Assembly: GCA_028534125.1 (NCBI GenBank)
Contig: CM052818.1
Span: 39,000,001-39,064,000, forward strand
DNA length: 64,000 nt
Direction: 5' to 3'
Source: Lama glama
Taxonomy: Eukaryota
Position 1 is the first letter of the stretch. Each line of letters begins with the position of its first letter. The notes under the pieces are model-generated. The model was given only the letters and a program-made list of their open reading frames with translations. It had not been told where the DNA came from and did no database searches. Shown here piece by piece: positions 10,931-26,175 of the stretch. The position numbers and the translations under genes were made by a program.

Positions 10931-13900
10931 GCCATTAGCGTGTTGTGTTTTTGATACTGGGACAGATTTCGATGTTCAGAAAAAATGTGTAAGTTAAACC
11001 AGAGAAAAGATTACAGGCTTCAAATATTTTAGCAATCGATTTGTATCTGAACTGGGCCAAATTTGGGGGAAATTAATTGTTAAATTTTATGCTCAAACAC
11101 ACGTGTAAAAGTTGGTGCTACTTCTGAGAACATGGCTAAGGAAAACCGACTTTTCTTAGCTTTTCATTCTAACACGTATTTAAACATTGGGGTGGGATGA
11201 GAATTGCGGACGTATGGACATAGGTGGGATAAGACAGTCATGTTAAAATAAGGATTTAGTACTTCATGAGATTTTATCTTAAAACTAGTGACAGTTTTTG
11301 GGGGTAAAGGTTTTTAGGGAAAGCTTTATTAGAAAAATGCTCTTAAACGCTTAAGAGAAATGTAATATTTCTAAAGGTATTGTATATCAAGAAAATATTA
11401 ATAAAGGGTGTTACCTAAGGATTTTAAAAGCTTGTTTACTGCTAAGATTCATGTTTAATAGGTGACTCTTCACCATGTGACCTGGAGCATTGAAGGATGG
11501 CTTAAGGAAGTCTGGCTAGGAATCTGGTTAAAAAAATAAAAGATATATAGTTTTAATTGGCTAAATTTCTGTTCTTGTTCTTTTAATGTCTTTTTTAAAA
11601 TGGTTTACTTTATCTGCACAGACGTCATAAATAATTGTTGGTATTTCCCTTATTTCAAGAATGTCTTTAAAAGTCCAGTTTTTGGTGAAATTGAGTTATT
11701 TAAAATTGTCTTTTGGTGACCCTGAGGGAAGTTTGTGTATGCAGAAAAGGTTTACACACATTTTAAAAATTAAAGTTATATTTCAGAATCCTGGTTCTTA
11801 AGCTTTCAAAGTTCAGTTTTTTGGGTAAAGTTCATTTTTGTTATTTACGTAAGTCTAACTCTTATCTTCATTAGTTAGATTTGTTAACAAACTTAAGCAT
11901 CTTCAAACAATTTAAAGTGTGTTTATTTTTAATACATGGTTTTCCTAATTTGAGTCTAAAGTTCTCTTAGATGTTTCAATATTAATGAGATTTCAGCTTT
12001 CTAAAAAGTGTAAATTAATTACTGCCATATGTAAATTGGTCTTATAAGGTTTTCACTTTAATAGACCAGTTTTTCTTGGGCATTACTAGTTGTAAGCCAG
12101 ATAATGCAGTCTTAACACAGATACTAATATTAGGATTTTGTTTGCCTTAAACCTTCCATGTGTGTTTATAAATCTTTCTGGTGTTGAAAGATAATTTGTC
12201 TTCCTGTGGAAATACTTATCCTAGTTAGCAGAAGTAATTATGATTAGAGGTTTGGGCCAGACGTGACATCCAGAATCAATCTTCTCAGTGACATGACTGT
12301 CTCCTTTTTGTAGATACTGTCAGGATCTTCGTAATTTCCAGGGGAAATTGGTTCTGTCTCCTGGACTCAAGTTCCTTGTACTTTGTAATTCAGCAACCTT
12401 TGAATTTGTTGGGTTTCTAAAATAGGAAAATATTCTGTATTTTTTATGTTCTTAAAATTTATAGATATGTATTTTAAATATCTGAATTCTTGTACCTCAT
12501 GTGGCTTTGTCTAGCTTGCACAGTTTGAGGCCATTTTACTGACACATGTGATTAAGATAAAAATTGTACTTACAACAGTGTAAATTGTTTTGTGACATAT
12601 TAAATAGATTTCTTGCTACTTTTATGAAGGCATAAAAACAGTCTGACTTGCTCCTATTGTCCCACCTCCTCACTCTTTTGTCGAATTTGTGAGAAGGAAC
12701 TGATCGAATGCCTCAGCTCCCATCCTTTCTCTTTGGGAGTCCGATCCATGCTGAAAGCACTTTGCTTCTGAGGCTACCAGGGGTAGACTGTGCCCCTCCT
12801 GGAGAAGGACCATGGTTGTCCAGGGCTACTTGTGACTGGATTAGGATAATTATGGGGTGTGGTGTCAGGAAGCCCTGTTGGCCTAGGTCTAAATTATGCT
12901 TGCCAGTGTAGCTTTTCAGTAATAAAAGGAGCTGTTTGGATTACCAGCAGTCTAACTCCTATGTTTCCTACTCCTGAAATCTGATGTGGTGGGGAAAGAT
13001 TTCTTCAAACCCTGTCATTTAGAAGCTGATATTTTAATAGTGATTTTTATATTTAGCAATATAGATATAAGACTTCTTTATTTTTAAACTTGTTGCTTTT
13101 GTAGTGGAAAAAGTGAATTTACAGAAAAATATTTTCAAGCTTTCCCAGTGGAACACTGTATAGAATTATTCCATAGATTGGTACATGATATATGCTTTTC
13201 CTTCTCAGATTTTCTCATAGCGGTTTGCTTAGAGACATGAGGTTAATATTTTTTTCTTAGTGACTTTTCTTTCCAGTAACTCAAAAGCTCCAACTTTATA
13301 AATGAAAAATTAAGACTTGCCTAACTGAACACAAGTTTCACCTTCCAGAGACCCATTTTAATTCTTAATGAAATTGCTGAAAGTTTTCTTATATTGACTT
13401 TTTTAATGAAAGGTTTCATTTGGCCCTTGCCTGACTCATTTTTATATTTTTCTAAATTGCATTAAAGAATTAAAAAGGAATGGTTATTCAAATATGTTGG
13501 CAAAAGGATAGTTTCTTTAGTGTATCCCACCTCTGCAAATAAAACTTCTGTAATCCCATCCAGTTTCAGTTTACACATCACAAATTTTCTCTTATTGTCT
13601 TACTAGTCTCTTGTGGAAAGAGAAAAGATTTTAGTGTAGAGTAGTGGAAAATATCCAGATATGTACACCTTATGGGCATTTTACTGTAGCTGCCAAATAT
13701 AAAATGGGGGGTGGGGGTGGGTTGTGAATGTCAGAATACTTTGACTGCAAATGGGACAGGAAAGAAGGCAGTGATTATCACCTATCTAGGGTGATATGTT
13801 TATTTGGGCCAGAAAAAGCTCCAAAAATCTGCTTCCTGGAAGGGATTTGGTGAAATTGACCAGAAAATGACACTACAAAACCACCTATTCAATACCTACC

Positions 13901-16900
13901 TAGGAGAATAAAACCTATAACTGACTGCTAGAGTTCATAAAAATAGTATGGGGGTGGGGGGCTAGGGGAAGGTATTTTTTGTTTGTTTTTTGTTTTAGTT
14001 GGAGGGGAGGTGGACAAGTATGTACAGAGACTAATTTGAGAGAAATCTTTGTGGTTTCTATTGTACTGGACATCTTATGTCAAGAGTAGCAAGTTCTAGA
14101 TCTTAAAATGGTAATCTCTGATTTGGGACACTGTTTCTAAAAGACTTAGTAGGGATCAGTGGGAGATAGTCTTAATTAATTATATAAGATGGTTGTTTTT
14201 CATTCAGACATTAAAAGAAGGTAAATGAGTGGTAGAGGCAGCTTGACCCTAAGTATAGGTCTTTGTTAAGCAGTTGAATGAGGGAAATTTGTAGGTAGAG
14301 AAAAATATGGACTGTGTTGTATGATTTTCTTAAATACCAACATAGAATTGTATATAGATAGGAGCTACTTGTGTCTTCCATTTTGGTGGCCAGGTCATTT
14401 ATTTAACATCTGTGTAATATTTTATCAGCTCTTTTAGCATGATTAAATGTAAAACATTACACTTTCTATGGCAAGCCTGAATCTTGTAAAACCGATTCAA
14501 CATAAACAGAATTAAGGTTTAAAGTTTAGAGAGGATGATAGATAGCTCCAAATTTTTCCTACAGATGTTTTCTAGGACCACCTTGCAGTTGAAATAAAAT
14601 TGATTGCTTTTCATCCAAGGGTACCTTCATTTAATCTCTTAATTATATGGCTCCTATACTAGCAGAAGTAGGAATACTCAAGGATCTTACCAAAGATAAA
14701 TGTTTGCTAATCTTCATCATAAATCTGGTTGAGAAGATATTCATGGAGTATTTGACATTCCATCCATTTGTTACTCTGGATGTTCTAAGTTGTATCATTT
14801 CATCAAGCTTGTCAACCAGAAATTTGCACTCATTTTTTGAGGTTTGCAGGCCTGTCATGTGCCAGAATGCCCTTAGATGTTGGTGGTACAGTGATCATTG
14901 TTCTTACAGTTGTACTGTATCTAAGCTTATGTTCATAATGGAGAGGAAGATGCTTTAACTCCTGTTTACAGTGCAGTACACTAAGTACCAGTGGAGGCGG
15001 TGTTACCCAAAGTACTGTGGACTCATGTAGGTACACACTGGGGTCAGGAAGAGTTCCACAAGAGGTAAAGTTGATCCAGAAAGACTTAGAGAAGTTAATT
15101 TAGTCAAGATATGTGTGAAATGGCATTCAGCCAGAGGGATTAGTATGTGTAATGACCCAGACATGGGAGAATGGTAGAACCTAAAGTGGAGGTAGGCAGG
15201 AGAATTTGAAAGATATGACTGGAGAGATAAGTAGTGGCCCGCCAGATTTAAGGACCTTTTCTAATTTGGACAATTCTGAAAAAGACTTTGGAAATCCAAG
15301 ATTATAACTTGAGAAAATTTAGACCATATTGTCCAGGAACCCTTAACATAATCACTGTGAATTGCTTTCCCTGGATTGTGTTTGGAGTTAGAAATAGGAC
15401 TTTCCTTAAGGGATTGACTATAAAAAATGGGATTATGAAACTTTGTATCTGCTTAGAGAGTTGATTAATATATTTCCTACTATAACTCTGTGTTCTCTAT
15501 AATACCCTAACAAGAAATTCCTTTTAAAGCTTAGTGTTTAGAAATAAAGTTTTCTCCAACAAATTGAATAATGAGAATTTTATGTAATTTATTGTGTTCC
15601 CCCTTTTACCTTTGTGTTTTCAGAAGTTAAACTTAGAGTTTATTTACTATTTTTGTTATTTAATATTTGCTTAGTTGTTTTCCTAAGATAAGTTCTTGTT
15701 TTATTAAGTTTATTTCCTATGAGTTACTTGGTGTGCCTTCCAAAAAATTTTATTTAAATGAATGTAGAGTAAATTTCCTTTAAATAATACTGGGCACTTT
15801 GTACCACAGACACTTTTTTTGGTATATAACTCAGTGTTTTTTGAAACTAACATAGATCTATCTGGTTTCTCTTTTTCAGACACTGCAGTCTAAGTGGTTT
15901 TTGTTGTTGTTTTCTGAGCAAAAACTTAGAAATTTTTTTAACTTGTATATCATTAGGAAAGTGGTTTGGTCATCTCACTTTTAAGTCATTGGGAAACAGA
16001 TCACCAGTTCAAGGCTTGTTCTTGAATATTTGAGAAACGTTAAAAATCACAATTCATATTCATCACCTAAAAGATTTCCTCATATTTATATGATTTACAG
16101 ATTTGTACAGCTCATGAATTTTCTTTGACTATTCATGATAGTCATAATAAACTAAACATTTTTAAAACTTTGAACTGTCAAAAGTTATGACTTTTCCGAG
16201 ACAAAAGTTAAGAAAGTTCAAGTATATAACTCGTTACTTTTCCTTTTCTTAGGAATGACTAGAAATAACTGCTTCTTAAAATACCATCTTTTATGTTAAC
16301 ATATTTACAGAAAGTTACAATAATAAACTGGGTTAAAGTTAAGCAGTTTTAATTGCGGGGCTTCTTAGAGCCTTTACTATGCTAATGACAATGAATTCCA
16401 GAATGACCATGTTCTCAGCTTGCAAAAGAACACGTGGGTGCTAGAGAACAGCATATCTTAAATGTATTGGACAACGAACCTCTTATTTCAAAAAACACTG
16501 TGAGTTGGTCATTAAGAAACACACTTTGGAAAATTTTAGCCTAAAGAGGAAAATCTTTTTAAAACTTCATTTAAGTCTGCTGCTTAAAGTGTTTTTTTTT
16601 TTTCCCAGTTGTCTCAGACCATGCATTCAAATGATTTTCTTTTAGATTTCTGTTATAACCTAATTATTATTTCTGAAGTTATTTCTCTGTAAGGCTGTAC
16701 TGATTCTACTTGAGAATGTGCAACAATTGAGAATTACCGGATAACCATTTGAGACAAGTCTTTGTTGGTTATCAGCCTAGTACTAATATAAACTGAAAAT
16801 ATTGCTGCTAGTCTACTCTGTTAAAGCCTCTAAGCTGTAATGCATTTAAACTGTATTAATATAGGGCCTTTAAAAAACAACAACTTAATTTGCTAACATC

Positions 16901-17379
16901 AACACACCTTACGACACAGAGAAATACAAAAATGTAGCCAACAGTACCTCCTCTCCTACCAAAGTTAGGTGTTTATATATATGTATGTGGAGTATGAAAA
17001 TAAATATATATATTGCCCTTTTGTTAACACTGGGATCAGATTACATACCTTAGGCAACTTGATATTTTTATTCAATATTATGGACTTTTTTTGTATATAA
17101 CTTTAATTTTAATAACTTGTAATACTTAGTTCATGGCTTTTTATTTTACTAAACTATTTTTTGTTGAGTTTATATTGTTCACTTTCTATATTTGAACCAG
17201 TACAAGCCATGCTTCAGTAAATATTACGCAATTCATTCTTTTATACTAGTGTTGCTGTTTATGTACGGTAAATTCCCAGAAGAGAAATTACTGAGGTAAA
17301 GGGTTTTATGTTGAGTCTTAAACATAAGGAAGTAATGTTCACTCATTATGGTAAGTTATACTCTAGAAAGAACTTATAT

Positions 17380-17545
17380 TGCAACTTTATATATTCTCTA
17401 ATTTAGTCTTAACAATAACCCTACGAGGGAAGCATTGTTACTCTCATTTGCAAGTGGGGAAACAGGACCAGAGTTCAAGCTGTCTGAGTTCATTCAGCTA
17501 GTTAGAGGCAAGCATGGAACCATATTCTAGACCTTCTGATTTCGG
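17380..17545 (-). mobile_element. MIR SINE
   Basis: tcttaacaataaccctacgagg...ttactctcatttgcaagtggggaaacagg...cagctagttagaggca. Confidence 0.65.
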
Positions 17546-18463
17546 TTTCTGTTGCACCGTGATGAATGGTACAAAATTTTTTAGTTGGAAAACTATTAAG
17601 TGTTTGTGAATATATTCCTTAACTATAGGTAGTATGGTGTGTGTCAGTCCTTTCTGCACAGGGAAGCATTACCTGAAGAACTTCAAAAAATACTGATAAA
17701 AATCTATGCCTGTCTCCCTGCCCAAGCTAATTCAAATAAGTCTTAGATAGGTGGGATATGAGTATTTGTAGTTTTGAAATCTTCTAACTAGATTCTGATG
17801 CACTGTGAGGGTTTGAGAACCAGTGACCTTAAAATTGGGATGCTCATATCCCTGAGGGGTACATGAAGAACTTCCAAAATGTTAGCACATTTAGTTTCCT
17901 GGGAGTAACAGGTCCTCACTATATGTACTGAGAAAGGCACACCTTTGACCCATCCCAAATCTTACAATGTGTGTTTTACCCCAGGTAATTAACCTTCAGG
18001 GCAGTAAACTTAGAGTTAGCTTCCTATAGTGATTAATTTTATTTATTCACATTGCTGTTAGGAATGAAATACAGCCTAGAACTGGAGTATTTTGGCTTTC
18101 ATTGAGATTTTCTGACTTCAGATCAGTGATAGTCTTGGGTGATAGGAGTAATGGTAAATTTTTTTTCCGTCAGTTCACCTCTTCTCCCCAACCTATTGTC
18201 AAAGAATACTTACAAAGCAAAGAACAATACTATGGAATATTTTGAAAGCTAGAAATATGAAAATCATGTTTATTATAGTATAATGCCAAATATATTGAGT
18301 TTAATGTATGATTTCGTTGGCTCCATTTTTAACACTTTGAAGAGTATATCAAAGAAGTACCCTAGATTTAAAAAACTAGTGCTAAGTGCTGACCACAGGT
18401 ACAATTCCTTTAAGGCAAGTGATGAGAGAATATTCAGATCTATAAGTTGGATTTTGCTTTTTT

Positions 18464-18623
18464 ATTTTTCGTAAAATATGCCTATGTTATTTTATTTTTG
18501 TGTCTTTGGTAGGTGGTCAGTAATTAGGTTTGTTTATTTATTTATTGATGGAGGTCCTGAATTAAACCCAGGACCTTGTGCACACTGAGTGTGCATTCTA
18601 CCACTGAACTATAACCTCTTCCC
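18464..18623 (-). mobile_element. tRNA-derived SINE (Vic-1-like), diverged
   Basis: Reverse reads gttatagttcagtggtagaatgc...aggtcctgggtttaa...aataaacaaacctaattac. TSD tggattttgctttttt (18448-18463) / tgaattttgctttttt (18624-18639). Confidence 0.85.
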
Positions 18624-21600
18624 TGAATTTTGCTTTTTTAAAATCAACAGTGTCATGGCAGTGGGTGGCTAGAGATATTTACTATAGTTATTGTGTATAC
18701 ATGTAAATTCCTTTATATCATTTTTAAAACCCTTAAAAGTTTACAAATAAGACTAAGGTGAGAATATTTTTCTTTTAAATGATGCCTAGCTTATTGAAAA
18801 GATGTTTTTCTGTTTTTTTTATAAGTCATGATACGTATCTTATGTATAGGTTTGTTTATATTTGAGTTCTACCGTATGTAAGACTTGCTAACTTGATTAC
18901 AATAATAGCTATATAAATAAGTTTAGTGATATTTGACATGTATATAGTTTAAATATTTTTAAAATGTAAGTAACAAGTGGGAAATATTCAAAGAGTATAG
19001 AACTATAAAATGTAAATGTAAAATGCAAAAGTGTTACACTTGAAACACTTTTTCACCTTGCCTTTTCACTTAGTATCCTAGAATTTTTTTCCATATAGGC
19101 ATAAATATATCCATGCTTTTTAATGGTTGCGTAGTTGATAATTTTATGTTTCTCTCCCTCCCTATTACAGTATCCTTAGTATCTGTCCTTTTGGTCTCCT
19201 CCCTCATGACTTAACATTTCACAGAACACTGTGGCAATCAGAACAGTTTGTAAAAATATGGTACATGTTTTTCCTACCCTAATTCTGATTCAGAGACGTT
19301 TTAAAGTCTAATGGATAAGATGATGCTATTAATACATTGAAAAATACAAATTAAATACCATGGGAATTAAAAAGATAACTTGGAGGAAGGTTTTAATGGA
19401 GAAAGTGGCATTTGAGCCAGATGTTAAGGGATTTGTAGGATTTGCGCAGAAGAGATAAATGGCAAGAGAGCTGTCCCGGGAACTGGAATAGTGTAAGCAA
19501 AAGGAGGGTGAAGGTTGGGGGAAGAGCTTTTACAGACTTGAATTATTAACATCAGGTGAGTGATGGTTTGTGCTTGGTTGGTATGGAAAAGAACGTGGAA
19601 CTTTTGGAGTCTTGATAACATTGAATCCTCTGCCATTTTAGTCGCTTTGTCTATTAGGGTAGGGATATTAGCCACAATTTCCTTATTTGCAAAGTAGGAA
19701 TACAGTATTTACTTTGCTCCAGCAAATCCAGTGTAGTGATAATGTGCCTAGTTGAGATTCTGACATAAAATTGAGTGCTCAATAAATTCTGCTGTTCTCT
19801 TTGGGGAATGGTGTCTAATAGAAGTTAGTCCAAAGAGATATATGCTCATTTGGAAGCCAGTTTTAAAAAATTATTTTTTTCTTATACTGCTTTTCAAGAA
19901 TATGGTTGAGGAAGTGATAAGTGATGTTAGGTTAAACAACAGCTTGGACCCTAAGTCAGTTAGCCTTGTACCCTGTGTATAAGCTGTAGTTTATAAATGT
20001 TTTGTTAAAAAGTGGGGAGGTGTCTGAATTGTACCTGTCTTTAAAGGCCTACCTCAGATACCTGCTTTGTGTAGTTGCCTGTCATATTGTTATTTTATTA
20101 CACTTTTTTATGGAAGTTTTCAGACACAAGCAGAATAGTACAGTGCACCCTCGGATATCTGTCATCCATGTTCAGCATTGTGTGGAATCTTGCTTATACC
20201 CATATTTTACTTTTTAAAAGTATCTCAAAGCAAATCCCAGACAATAGCCAGTTTAGGCATAAAATCTCTTACTGATGAGGACTTGCTGAAAAATAGCCTT
20301 CTTGCTATTATGTCAGTTAACAAAATTCTTTAGTACCATCTGATGCCCATTCTATATCTAGATTTACCTAATTTTCACTAAGAAAGTCTTTTTTATGGTT
20401 GGTTTGTTAGAATCCAGATTCACACAAGGTTTATACAGTATTTGACTATTAAGCTTTGTAGTGTATATAATAGTCCTCCCTCTTTCCTCCCCTTTTAAAA
20501 TTTTATGTCAAAGATATGTTAGTAAAACGAGGTGATTTTTTTTTTCTCTCCGTTTTCTGGATTGAGCTGTGACTTCCTTGTGTTATCTGTTGACTTTGTT
20601 CTTTTATCTCACTCATATTTCTGATAAATCAGTATTTAGATCTAGCAGCTTCATTAGATTGATATTTAGTAGGGTTTTTTTTGAGGCAGTAATTCTTCAT
20701 AGGGAATGGTGCTGTTTCGTATTACATTATACCATAAGGCATAGGTCTGCTTGTTCCACTTTTAGAATGATGGCATACTAAATCACCTAAAAGAACATTA
20801 ATTTAGAAATACAGCTTTTGGGAGGACTTATTTCATAATATATCTTTGACAATTCACATCTGTCTTGGATTCCTTACAGCCACTTTGTGGTGTCTAACAG
20901 TTATCTTCATTTCCATCTAGTTATTTGACCTGTTTCTCTCAGGTGATATCTAAAAGCATCAAAAACTAGTATTGATTGATGTTGTTTTATTGTATAGATC
21001 TTCTCTGAACAGTGTTTTGTCTTTTTTTAAAAAAAGAATTTCCCTAAGCAGTATTTTATTTCTCAAACTAATAAACTCATTGAGAGAATGCCTTGTTAAT
21101 TTGAGAGACTTTGTAAGGACTCAAATATATGGTGGTTCTCCTTTGAGAGTATTTTAAGAAGGAAAAAAATCTTGCCTTATATTTGCGAATATGTAAATGT
21201 ACCTTATTTTGCCTCCTTGAGATTGGAATATCAGATTTATCCTCAAAGAACTAAAGCATTCTTGCACATAAATATTTGGTAAATTTTTATTCAGTGTCTT
21301 AATGCTGGTTGCTGAACAGTCTAATTTCTAATCTTAATTAGAATATTTGAGCTAGGGTCTTTGAAGATTTCTAGTTTCTGGGAGTCTACATGTTGATAAC
21401 ACTTTTTGGGGGGCAAATTTCATTCAAAATGTAAAATTGGATTTTTCCTTAATATAGTTGAGTCAGTAATACAATTCTATTTTTAAAACTAGTAAAACAA
21501 GTATGTAATTCCCCCATGAAGTACATGGAGAAATAAGCAGTAAGTATAAAAAAAAAATTTATGTGAATCTTGGCTTAACCACCGACTAAGAGACTTGTTC

Positions 21601-23559
21601 CAATACTGCTAGAAAAGTGCATGATTAAACATGTACCCCTAGATAAATAACAAATTATTAGGTATTGGTGGTGATTTGGAGAGACTTCTAATGTTAAATC
21701 TGTGAAGGCTAATGGTCTACTAAAAATACTTAGGTTTACCTTTGTTATATGAGTAAGAAAAGGCAGTGCTAAGCAAATTTATTTGTTGGCAAATTTGCAA
21801 AAGTGACTTAATATACTGAAGAGACTAAGGTACTCTTAAGGACTTAGTACCTGTTTGCAATGGAAACCATTAATGCTCAATGATTATGTTCATTAGAAAC
21901 AGTCCAGTGAGGGTGACTAGCAAGAATATTTTATAAGCAGCTTAAGTTACTCTTTCTGTGTTTTGACTTATATCAGTCAATTAAGTTTTCAAGTAATTTT
22001 GTTGTTTTTATAATTGATGAACAAGGTTGTAACAGCCTTTAGGTATTGGAGGACAAGTGCCAGTGAAAAGCTGCACTCATTTTATGTTGGTAAATGTCTT
22101 CAGTTTACAGAAAGTCTGAAGAAGAGCCTTGTTCATTGTTTCTCTGTTAAAATGAGCATCAAGTATTAATAGATACGAAGGCATTTATAAACAGTCAGTA
22201 TACATTGAGCATTTTGATGGCTGAAGGCTGAGACACAGTTCCTGGCCCCTTTAATTTTAATACCAGTGTTTAATTTCTACTATGGCTTAAAAATAGAACT
22301 AATATAATATCATGAAAATGTGATTAGTGTAATATGGTGCCTTAATACCATTTACTGTCACTCTTACTAAGTGGTTTTTGCCCCCCAGCTTATCCTTTAT
22401 GGTAGGTATATGTTAAGAAATTGGATTAGATGTTGCCTGAGAAAACAATGCATATTCTTGGTTCTTTACACAAACTATTTGTAGAACTTTTGAATTATAC
22501 GTTAGTAAATATAAAAACTCATAAAACTTAACCAAGTTGTTATTTGAGGTGCTTTATCCATTTTTTTCACATAATTAGTAATAACACTATCTACAGAAAA
22601 ATTAGCTAATATGGTTAAATTTTAGAACTTAATAAGATAGCTCTTTTGCTAGGAAACAAAGAATCATAACCTCAAACTATAACTTTTTAATTTAAATTTA
22701 CCTCAAGGTCACACAGGGTCTTGGCCATAAAAAAAAGGTTCTCTTACATATTTTCTATATTAGCAAACTCTAGTTGTTTAAGGAAATACTGGGAAGTCTC
22801 ATGGCTTAATGATGCAGGCCGAAAAAAAAAAGGAAGACAGACTTTATACCTGCATGCAGTACTGTGTACTGTAATTTCTGGATACAGTTTCTTCAAATGA
22901 ACATAGCTCAATATTATATAACTGGTTGCTAAATACTCCATTGCTTGTTAGAAGAAAAGATTGTTCTGTTCATCCCTAAGGTCTAACCATGCAGGGGAGA
23001 GTTGTTAAATTATGTCCAGAGTCTTATTTTTCCTTTGCCATCAGTTGATACCAACATCTGTAGCTGCATGGCAGTTTGACAAAACGGTGTGGCATTTTGC
23101 AAAAATTCTAGAATCCCTCTTAGTGGCATATGTGGGACCCCCACCTCTTCAGCTTCATTATTGTTAATATGGAGGTTATTGCAGAAGAGTTGAAAGTGTT
23201 TCTGTCTATTCATTGTTTTGTCCACTTTCTCCTCCATTCTCCTCATGATTGAAATAAATGATAACACCCTAAGGTGAAAAACTGAGCTTGAGTCTTGTTT
23301 TGCAGGTTTTGTTTTGTCTTTTAAATCTTTTCCCTGTAGCCTGCCCTGGTCATTGAAAGAAAATAATAAAATTGCCTCCATTTAAACGTAATCTGAGATC
23401 TCCTTTTCGTTATTAAGAGAAAAAATGTGCATGGGGAGAGTATAAATGAGAAAGTTGAAAGGAAAGTCCTGATGCTTAACTTTGAGTTTGCTCAAATTTG
23501 AGAGTGAATTATCTGCTTTTGATTTTTTTGTGAAGTACTCAAAAGTAAATGCACTAGAG

Positions 23560-23894
23560 CAGAGGTCAGCAAACTGGCTTACAGGCTGGATCTGGCCTGC
23601 CACCTGTTTTTGTTTGAGCTACTCTCTAGGATTGGTTTCTAGAAATTTTAATGGTTGGGGGAAAAAGTCAAAAGAACAATATTTTGTGACACACACAATG
23701 TGGAGTTCAGATTTCACTGTTCTGAAATAAAGTTTTTTTAGGACACATTCATGCTTATTCATTTAGATATTATCTGTGTGTACTTTTGTGCTACAAAGGC
23801 ATACGTAGTTGAGGAGCAGCAGAAGCCATGTGGCCCACAAAGCCTAAAATGTATACTGTCTGGCTCTTTCCAGAAAAAGTTTTGTTGACCTCTG
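23560..23894 (-). mobile_element. MER58B-like hAT-Charlie element
   Basis: Terminal inverted repeats CAGAGGTCAGCAAA ... TTTGTTGACCTCTG; degenerate 8-bp TSD cactagag/caccaggg. Confidence 0.85.
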
Positions 23895-25772
23895 CACCAG
23901 GGCGTGATTCACCACATGGATCCATAGAGCTAAGAGACGTCTCTCATTTATTCAGTTTCTTTAACTTATGACCTCATCTATTTGGACCACAGATGAAAAC
24001 TTAGAAGTAAGCAAAAAAGGGCCTTTGTTAAAGCTCTAATGCTTTTACTCCTGAGAAAATTTAAGTTGGATGCATTATTTTTACTTTGTCCCCCTTCTTT
24101 TTTTTCCTTAATAAACTCTCTTCTCTCATTCATAGTTATGCAGATTGATTGTAGAAAGCTAATAAAATACAAATAAATAGGTGAAAAAAGTTGATGTACT
24201 CTGATCACTTTAGGGTTGTAGAGATACTGGTTTATTTCCTTTCACTCTTAACATTGCTGTTACGGTGTTTTCTTAATTACAAACTCAAATATTTTTAATG
24301 GCTACATGATACTTTATTTCATAGCTGTTATTTACTTAACTATTTTGAGACAGTTACGTGGTTTATAGTTTCAGGCTCTGCATGCAACTCTGCTACAAAC
24401 ATCTTTGTACATAGAGCTTTTTTACATTTCGGATTTATTCTTAGGATTGATTTTCAAAGTTGGGGAAACTGGTTCAAGAGATACGAACCTATGTATATGA
24501 TGCCAAATTGCATTCCTAAGAAAGGATTGTAACTTTAGAATATGTTTTTATGTTATTAGAGGTATCTTCCTTCTTATAGCCTGTTTACTCTTACAAGTCT
24601 ACCTTACTTGGATATCTGAGGCTACAGATTACTGCAAATTAAAAGCAACCTAATTAAAAGGTCAGAAGTGGGTGCTGTTACGTTCAAGTCAAGTGATTCT
24701 TAACCTGACAGCAAAGGAAGAGGCTGAAATACTAACAGAAGCATACAAGAAACACAAACATTGTGCACCCCAGAAGTCTCAGAAGGTATCAATTCTTTCT
24801 AGAGTAGTATGCTCTTAGTAATAACTAGTATTTGTTGATCATTTTTAATTAATAGATCACAAAACACTTTTGGATACATTATTTCATTTGATCTTCACAA
24901 CAAATAAAGTAATATTTAGAGGTTAGACAACTGGCAAAAGTTAAAACTCGAACTCATATTCTGAATCTATATCACATACTATTTGTACCACATTATCTTA
25001 AACATAAAATTTGTCTATTAAGCTTTCTTCAGGATAGCAGAATAATAAGGAGTCCATTTTAGAGCTGTTTCCATCCTAAGTAAAAAGAATCTTATGTTTT
25101 GGGCCTTAGTGGGATAATATCTCAATAAGGACAATTTATTTTCAGAGGATACAAGTAAATGTCACATGGAAGTTTCTTTTTTTTAAATAATTGTAATTGG
25201 TATGATCTTTGTATGTTAAGCCCAGATTTCAGGGCTTGATACCATTTAATGTGTACTTACAAATTGAATTATAAAGTCAAAATTATATGGCTGTATTGTC
25301 AAGTTGGTAGGATTTGAAGCATTCTTAAGATAGTAGAACACCTCTTACATAATTGAAAATACATGATTCCTGATAACATGTTAGCAATATCCTGAAGCTT
25401 TCAGATGATTGGCCATTAGGTTTGGGAAGAAGTTGAGGCTGTAATGGTATAGGAGATCTAGAAAATACAAGGTCTTTTATACAAGGATTAAGAGAAAGTG
25501 AAATAAAAAAATGTTAATCATTAAACAAATAAAAAGGACATAGAGTCTAGGGCAATATGGGAGATCCTGTGAAGTACTTAAAGAAATATAAAAGGGATTC
25601 TGTCCAAATTTAGAGAATTTTAAACAGTAGAAATCAAAGATGGTTTAAGCAGATTATACTAGACATTAGAATGAATTGTATCATATTAAGATGTAGAACT
25701 TTGTATGAGAAGGGTAGGACACATTTGGACCAAGATTCCTTTACTTAATCAGATAATTGGGGAGCCCCTCCT

Positions 25773-25797
25773 ATATATGTGTGTGTGTATGTGTGTG

Positions 25798-25828
<31 letters not shown>

Positions 25829-25851
25829 ATAAAATTTATATGTATTTATAT
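25773..25851. repeat. Compound (TG)/(TA) microsatellite
   Basis: atatatgtgtgtgtgtatgtgtgtgtatatatatatatatatatgtatgtatg seen directly. Confidence 0.9.
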
Positions 25852-26175
25852 ACAGTTGTCTGTCAATATCTGCAGAAAACTGGTTCCAGGTTCCTCCCCA
25901 GCCCAATAGCAAAATCTGAGGATGCTCAAGTCTCTTGTATAAAATAGTGTAGTATTTGCATTATAACCTTTGCACATAACAGCGTACACTTTTAAGTCAT
26001 CTCTAGATTGCCTGTAATACCCAATCAATGTAAATACTGTGTAAATAGTTGTCAGCCCTCAGGGAATTTAATTTTGCTTTTTGGAACTTTCTGGAATTTT
26101 TAAAAAATATTTTTGATCCCTGGTTGGTGAAGCCTGCAGATGTATCAGAAACCGCAGATACAGAGGGTCAACAGT
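25851..26175. mobile_element. MER2-family TcMar-Tigger element
   Basis: TA-CAGTTGTC... start, aaaatctgaggatgctcaagtctcttgtataaaat core, ...gatacagagggtcaacag-TA end. Confidence 0.8.
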